The notes under the pieces: generated by a model
Told to the model about the DNA's origin: nothing
Databases searched by the model: none
Seen by the model: the letters and a program-made list of their open reading frames with translations, nothing else
NCBI RefSeq assembly: GCF_006345805.1
Contig: NC_043017.1
Coordinates: 558,001 to 622,000, forward strand
DNA: 64,000 nt
Direction: 5' to 3'
From: Octopus sinensis
Lineage: Eukaryota
Shown: piece after piece, positions 56,720 through 64,000 of the stretch
Layout: every line of letters starts with the position of its first letter
How positions within the stretch are numbered: position 1 is the stretch's first letter
Program-made: the position numbers and the translations under genes

Positions 56720-57568
56720 CCTACACATGCAATGCTCGCATATGAACTTGCGTTCAGCCAAAGATCTACATTCTTTGCCTCACCATTTACAAGTGTGAAT
56801 GACGTTGGAGCTATTTTGTGATTCATCCTTCTCGTGAATATTCAAATGGTGCCTCAAACCTCCTCAGGAGGAGGCACACTGCTTTCCACAACTCTGACAC
56901 TATTTCATTTCATACTCACTGTAATCCACAACCGGTTTGGTAACATGACTGCATTGATGGCTTTACAGTCGCGCCATACTGAGACAAACGCACCCACATT
57001 GATTACAAATTACTTCATTGACCAGAGGAAATTCCGATAACGGCTTAGGGTAGGGTGTCCTTTCCTAGCATTTCTTTTACACTTCCGATGCTCCCTTCTC
57101 TGTAGTTGAGATTCTTTTGTGTCCCTTTTAATGCTTTCCTTCCACTTCCTTCCTCTAACGCTTTAGTTTCCCACTCATCCAATTAAATATTTGTTTCACG
57201 GAAATCTTTAACCACATTTTTGGTTTACGCCTTCGACTCTTTCTGCGAGTTAATTCTCCATACAACAGTTGCTTCAATATTCTTTTGTCATCCATTTTCA
57301 CCACATTGCCATACCACCTAAGATGGTACTGTTGAACGATACTTTCTATAGTGGAGCAGTTAAGCCCTTCTAACACCTACTCGTCACTAATCCTCATCCT
57401 CCAGTTGGTACCTACTATTTTCCGAAGAGGCTCTTGATGAAAGCTTTCCGGACACTTCAGATGCCGCTTGTACGGCACCCAAGTCTCAGAGAGAATACAC
57501 GTTTTGTACACTTTTATTCTGCTGTCGTTCGAAATCCAACACTGTGACCACAGACGATCGTTCAATTT
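56720..57568 (-). pseudogene. RTE-clade LINE ORF2 C-terminal remnant
   Basis: SETWVPYKRHLK..ESFHQEPLRKIVGTNW and HLRWYGNVVKMDDKRILKQLLYGEL are typical of the RTE post-RT region; distal boundary approximate. Confidence 0.8.
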
Positions 57569-57596
57569 GCCATACATACATACATACATACATACA

Positions 57597-57630
<34 letters not shown>

Positions 57631-57674
57631 CATACATACATACATACATACATACATACATACATACGTATGCT

Positions 57675-57835
57675 TGCATATGGCTGTGTGGTTAAGAAGC
57701 TCAATTTGCTACTATGTGGTTTCGGGTTCAGTCCAATTACAAAGTACCTTGATTAATTATCTTCTACAACTCTGGACCAACCGATGCCTTGAAGGTGAAT
57801 TTGATAGACAGAAACTGTGGAAGCCTGTCCTCTAT
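57675..57835 (+). mobile_element. SINE family A 5' half
   Basis: tggctgtgtggttaagaagc...gggttcagtcc...gatagacagaaactg. Confidence 0.7.
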
Positions 57836-59038
57836 GTATGTATGTATGTATGTATGTATGTATGTATGTATGTATGTATGTATGTATGTATGTATGTATG
57901 TATGTATGTATGTATGTATGTATGTATGTGTGCATGTTTGTATATATGTATGTATATCATTATTTAGTTTTATTTCAAGATTTCTTGCCAATGGAGAAAG
58001 AGTCGGTTTCTAACGTAGATCCAAGGCTCCTTCATTGGAATTTCTCCAGTCTCCTTGCCAATGCTGTATATTAACGAACAAGAGGAATTCAGTCCAACCC
58101 AATATTCTATCAATTCACTCATCATCTCTGTAAAGAGTTAAACTACATTATTTTAAAAGATAGCTATTTACATTGAGGCCAACGTGGCTAATTTAGCGTT
58201 GTTCAGAGCAGGTTAGTAAATAAATGGTACACTTCTGGAGTAGTTTAGCTTCTAGTTGTCTCAATACCGTTTATAATCGAGTTCTTTTTGATTAGGAAGT
58301 ATTTTACCCGAAATATCGAATTGTAAACCCAAGCATATTTTATATAGAAATAAGATAAACCTATTAGATACATAAGTATATCGATGCAGACATAAATGCA
58401 TTTATATATAAATGCAATTTCCCTCATATAATTGCGCGTGAGAAATATAAGTCCACAAAAGTTCACGACGTGTGTGTGCGCATGTCACTGCGTGAGTCGA
58501 TCTTCATAATGTAAAGGGATTGCCTTATATGCAAGGTTTGGGAAAAGATATGTTTGAAGCCGAGACAGCTAGAAAGAGACACCGAGGAGACAACTATTCT
58601 ATCATAAGTTGGTGATGGGTTTTCTCTGACACGAGTGAACGGCAATCATATGTCTATGTCTGTCTGTCTGTCTGTATGTCTGTCTGTCTGTCTGTATGTA
58701 TGTATGCATGTATGTATGTGTGTGTGTATGTATATATATGTATGTATATATGTATGTATGTAAGTATGTATGTATGTATGTATGTATGTATGTATGTATC
58801 TATCTATCTATTTATCTGTCTGTCTGTGTATATTCAAATATATGTGAGTATTATTTGATACATACATATATTCTGCAAATATGTACACATATATATGTAC
58901 ATTTAACAATGTGTGTGTATATACATAAGTGTGTGTGTATATTTATATCTATATATATACACACACACCCATATATATGTAATTTAACAATGTGTGTATA
59001 TACATTATATATGTGTGTGTATATCTATAGTTGTATAC

Positions 59039-59070
<32 letters not shown>

Positions 59071-59430
59071 ATTTGGAGGTGACCACTAAAAGGAATGTGA
59101 CAGGGATGTTTTGGTTTCTTAAAGTTGTACTAAGAGATAGCGGCACCTTAGTTGTCAATTGTATGCCACAGTTTGAGTATACACTCAAGATGTCATATCC
59201 TAGCAGGTCTACAATACTATACATCCATTGATACATCAATATTGTACATAGATGACCTCAAAAATATTTTCACACTTCCCGAGCGTTAAACTAATTCATC
59301 CGTTGTTTACACACCGTCTACGTCTTTTGTGTTTCTGTGTTTTGCTGAAGGACCCTACGCACCACACGGTCTAGCAAGCACTAAGCCATGCACCCTCACT
59401 ACACACACACAAACACGCACATGTATATAT

Positions 59431-59660
59431 ATTCCTTTACTACCCACAAGGGGCCAAACACAGAGGGGACAAACAAGGACAGACAAAGGGATTAAGTCCA
59501 TTACATCGACCCCAGTGCGTAACTGGTACTTAATTTATCGAGCCCGAAAGGATGAAAGGCAAAGTCGACCTTGGCGGAATTTGAAATCAGAACATAGCGA
59601 CAGACGAAATACCGCTAAGCGTTTCGGCCGGCGCGCTATCGTTTCTGCCAGCTCGCCGCC
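59431..59660 (-). mobile_element. Full-length SINE family B (Nin/Deu-like) with Tx1-like 3' tail
   Basis: Minus strand ggcggcgagctggcagaa head, gcctttcatcctttcgggctcgataaattaagtaccag Nin-like domain, tail gccccttgtgggtagtaaagg. Confidence 0.85.
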
Positions 59661-60094
59661 TTTGGTGTGTATAAATATACGACGGGCTTCTATCAGTTTC
59701 CGTCTACGAAATCCACTCACAAGGCTATAACGATTTAAGATGCCCATTTTACGGCCGATACGAAAATACATATCTCGTACCATAACTCTCAGATATTTTG
59801 TATTTTATAACTTAACAAATTACTACGCATAGGCCTCCAGAGGAAAACCTTTCACCACTTCACTATATATGTATGTATCTGAGTATATTAGGAATTCTTC
59901 GGTTTTGGATAATTCTTTGAAACACAGAATGGTCAAAGTCTTGGCTTAAGTTGATTATTTGTAGAATGTGGAAAGGCTTCCAGACGATAAACATCTCGTT
60001 TGGAGGAATTAAAATCTACTTCTTGTAGTGATAGCACCCATGCCGTTTGTATATTGTATATTTAGCAGTCATATGACATACACAGCAGGCATAC

Positions 60095-60147
<53 letters not shown>

Positions 60148-60162
60148 GTATGTATATATATA

Positions 60163-60194
<32 letters not shown>

Positions 60195-62532
60195 ATATGT
60201 ATATATGTATGTATATATTTATATATATATATGTATATATATATATGTATGTATGTGTATATATATATATATATATACATACACACACATACATACATAT
60301 ATAAATGTATATATATTGTGTGTTCAAACCCAATTTGTTCGCCTTTGGGGGGCGTTTTAGTCAATAAACATGCACATACATGTACTGATTCACTTCAGAT
60401 GTATTTGTATCTAATCAATTAGTCAATAATTAACGAATTTATCGTAGAATTTTCGTCGCACTTCTCTTGCCTCCTGAACAATTTCAATGATTTTTTTTTC
60501 TCATTCTAACACTATATTCCTTTTGTTCTGTGCATATTCAAGCACGTGTATGCACGCACGTGTGTGTTGTTTGTTTTTGTGTATATTTCGAGTATTGCAT
60601 GTAAGTATATGTATTGTTTGTGTTGTTAACTTAGTTAGTGTTGTTATTCAGGGTTTTGCCTTCAATGTGGTTTTTGTGTTCTCGAAATTTGCATTCGTTG
60701 GCTTCCTTCTGGTTCTTGCTTCAAGACTCGTCATTCTAAGCATCGGGTTGATGGAAATAATCCCAAAACACCCAATCTCCAAGACAACTAGTCGAAATTG
60801 CATTGGAAATTAATTTCTCTGAAATGGAATTGCAAGAGAATTATAAACCAGGACCTCAGTGAAAGTTTAGGAACACGGATTGGCCAAGTATATGCACGGA
60901 TATACATTTTTGGTTTTTAATATAAAATTTCCCACGCAATGAACTTATATTCTGTGTTTCTGTTTCCTCTCTTTTCTCCTTTGTCTGTGTCTCTATGTCT
61001 GTGTCTCTCTCTATCTCTGTCTCTCTGTTTCTATTTCATTCTCTCCCTGTCCCCTACCTCTTTCTCCCTCTGCCTGTCTTTCTTTATCTCTCGCGGTGTC
61101 TCACCCTGTCTCTCTATCTCACTCTGTCTCTTTCTTTGTCTCCCTTTATATCACACTATGTTGATTCTCTGTCTTCCCGCGGCCACCTGTCTATCCGTCT
61201 GCCTGCCTGCCTGCTTGCTTGCCTGTCTGTCTGTTTGTCTGTCTGTCCCTCCCTTTGTCTTCGTGTACCATACTTATAGATCGCAGGAATCGTGGTCCTC
61301 CATGCCAAAACCCAAAATTTCATAATTTTACTCTGCAAGTCTCTTGTTTCCTCAACCTTACTTTCGAGGCCCAAAAGGGCTTACTTAACTTTTACGCTGA
61401 GAGAGCGTTTCATGAGATAACAAAACATACCGATATACCGGTGGACTTATGTGACCCATAACTAGCGCTCGCCCCATTCCTATATGACTTAGCTACATGA
61501 ATATCTTCTGCTGTCTGACCAACACTGCGGGCCATGAATGGTAGTAACACCTCAAATTTGAGTTGACCTAGAATGTACGAATAGCGGATCACAAGTAGTG
61601 ATGGTGTGGCAAACACAAAGTCACACACATATATTCTGTCGAAAAAATTCATTCCCAAGGCAGTGGTCGGTCCCGTGCTGCAGTAAAATACGCTTCCCCA
61701 GGACAGTGAGGCCAGACACGAGAACACACGGTCGCAAAGCGAGCTTTTTTAGCCTCAAAGAAATAGGACTTTGTGCAACACCACCCTCAGCCAACAATCA
61801 AAATTTTAGGTCTTCCCAATTTTGTTTACCCGCTCTAATGTTCCCTTTGGCGTTTCGATTTTCATAAGACAGACTGGTCAGGAACTTTGTAGAAATTTTC
61901 GCTCCTCCGACAACCCCGCCCAAACTAGGGACACTGAATTGTATTTACACAGGCTGTTGCGTTAGTGTCACACCCAAAATGATACAATACCTTTTATCAA
62001 TTAATCAAGCTGACTTCGAATGTGAAGAGATGACAACAGGTGGTTTCACACTGGCTGCTGAATCATCGGTTTAGCGTATTGCAGGTCGGATTTTGTGTTT
62101 ACTGGATGTTGAAAGACTACGAGGTGATGGAATACTACTCTCATATTTTCTAAAATTACTGTTAGTTATCTCTGTGAACATGTTATCCAGGCAAGGTTTC
62201 ATACGCTTTGATCTTTCCGTATATAGTTTCTTTTATGTATGATATAAAAATCCAGTAGTTTGTGTTCCGTTTTCAAGTCACATACTTCTAGTCCTTTGAT
62301 GAGTACATTAGCTCATCCATCAATATAGTTAAGCTATCAATAGTGAATCATTCGGTGGCATCTTCGTTTTCATCCTCTTTATAATCAATTTTACTGTTGT
62401 TTTTATTTTTTTTCTCAGGGTTTAAAACTGTATCTATAATTTCACAGTTAGTATAGCAGTATATAACGGGCATTTATAATTCAACATTCATCTAGTGTTA
62501 TATATACTGTCACATTCACACAGACACACACA

Positions 62533-62570
<38 letters not shown>

Positions 62571-62807
62571 ACAAAAACACACACACTCACAGGCACACAC
62601 GCAAGTAAAAACACATACAAACATACATACGCTCACAAACTTTGTTACGGCAGCTGTAATACTGTGCGCAGTATTATGGCTGCCACATACACCTGTGACA
62701 GGAAATATTTTAACGGGGGATTTTCGTAAACATCTGAGCCTAAGTTATAAAAGATTCAAAGTCTTTGGCGATAGAAATACATCCATTCTTTCTCTCCTCT
62801 AGGCTGT

Positions 62808-62906
<99 letters not shown>

Positions 62907-62940
62907 ATCTATCTATCTATCTATCTATCTATCATCTATC

Positions 62941-63016
<76 letters not shown>

Positions 63017-63021
63017 GTGTG

Positions 63022-63106
<85 letters not shown>

Positions 63107-63125
63107 ATATATATATATCTCTCTC

Positions 63126-63165
<40 letters not shown>
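62808..63165. repeat. (TATC)n microsatellite
   Basis: Directly visible; representative of many TATC/TATG/TA tracts in the window. Confidence 0.95.
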
Positions 63166-63359
63166 CCTTTCTGTATCCTGTGAGTCGATTCATTAACAAT
63201 CTAATCAGAAAAAAGCAAACTCAAGTCATGTCCTCGACAGATACTGTGGATGTTCAGAAATAGAAACGCATATATGCAAATGGAATTTCTTTTACTAAAA
63301 AACTACAAAAGAAGATAAACAGATTACATACAAAACTACAACTGAATGTTGTTATCGGA

Positions 63360-63929
<570 letters not shown>

Positions 63930-64000
63930 CTATGTTTGACTTTTGCTTTATGTCTGTTCAAGTTGGCTCCAAGTCTCACCCAGAGACCTCAAGAGACAAC

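Noticed and set aside
62035-62072. CCGATGA...GAAAC on the minus strand
   Set aside because: Stem II and stem I do not pair.
61290-62350. Non-repetitive stretch with faint piggyBac-like peptides on the minus strand (MDELM, HVHRDN)
   Set aside because: Too degenerate to call by eye; needs tBLASTn or a Dfam search.
63930-64000. Possible LINE 3' end beside (ATT)n at the window edge
   Set aside because: Too short and truncated to classify.

Overview
Gene-poor, AT-rich eukaryotic (animal) DNA dominated by microsatellites [(TA)n, (TG)n, (TATC)n, (TATG)n, (TACC)n, (GAT)n, (AAT)n, (CAC)n] and interspersed repeats; the SINE types and microsatellite density suggest an octopus/coleoid cephalopod genome (inference). 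No host protein-coding gene can be supported, and almost all ORFs in the track are microsatellite artefacts. Recognisable content: two tRNA-derived SINE families (CORE-like and Nin/Deu-like), a near full-length decayed CR1/L2-group LINE (~3.9-8.4 kb), an ORF1-only Tx1/L1-group element inserted into a SINE with a target-site duplication, three Tx1/L1-group 3' ends stacked in (TATC)n, R4/Dong-like and RTE fragments, Tc1 and mariner remnants, a non-autonomous Helitron and a 100-N gap. Most notable: several minimal type I hammerhead-ribozyme motifs on the minus strand (two in 328-bp register at 34.6-35.0 kb, a third nearby, and two in a dispersed ~200-bp element), two SINE/LINE 3'-tail pairings visible within the window, a LINE ORF1 with Myb/SANT-like and CCCH domains, and an apparent intron in a Tc1 transposase. 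All alignments were made by eye.
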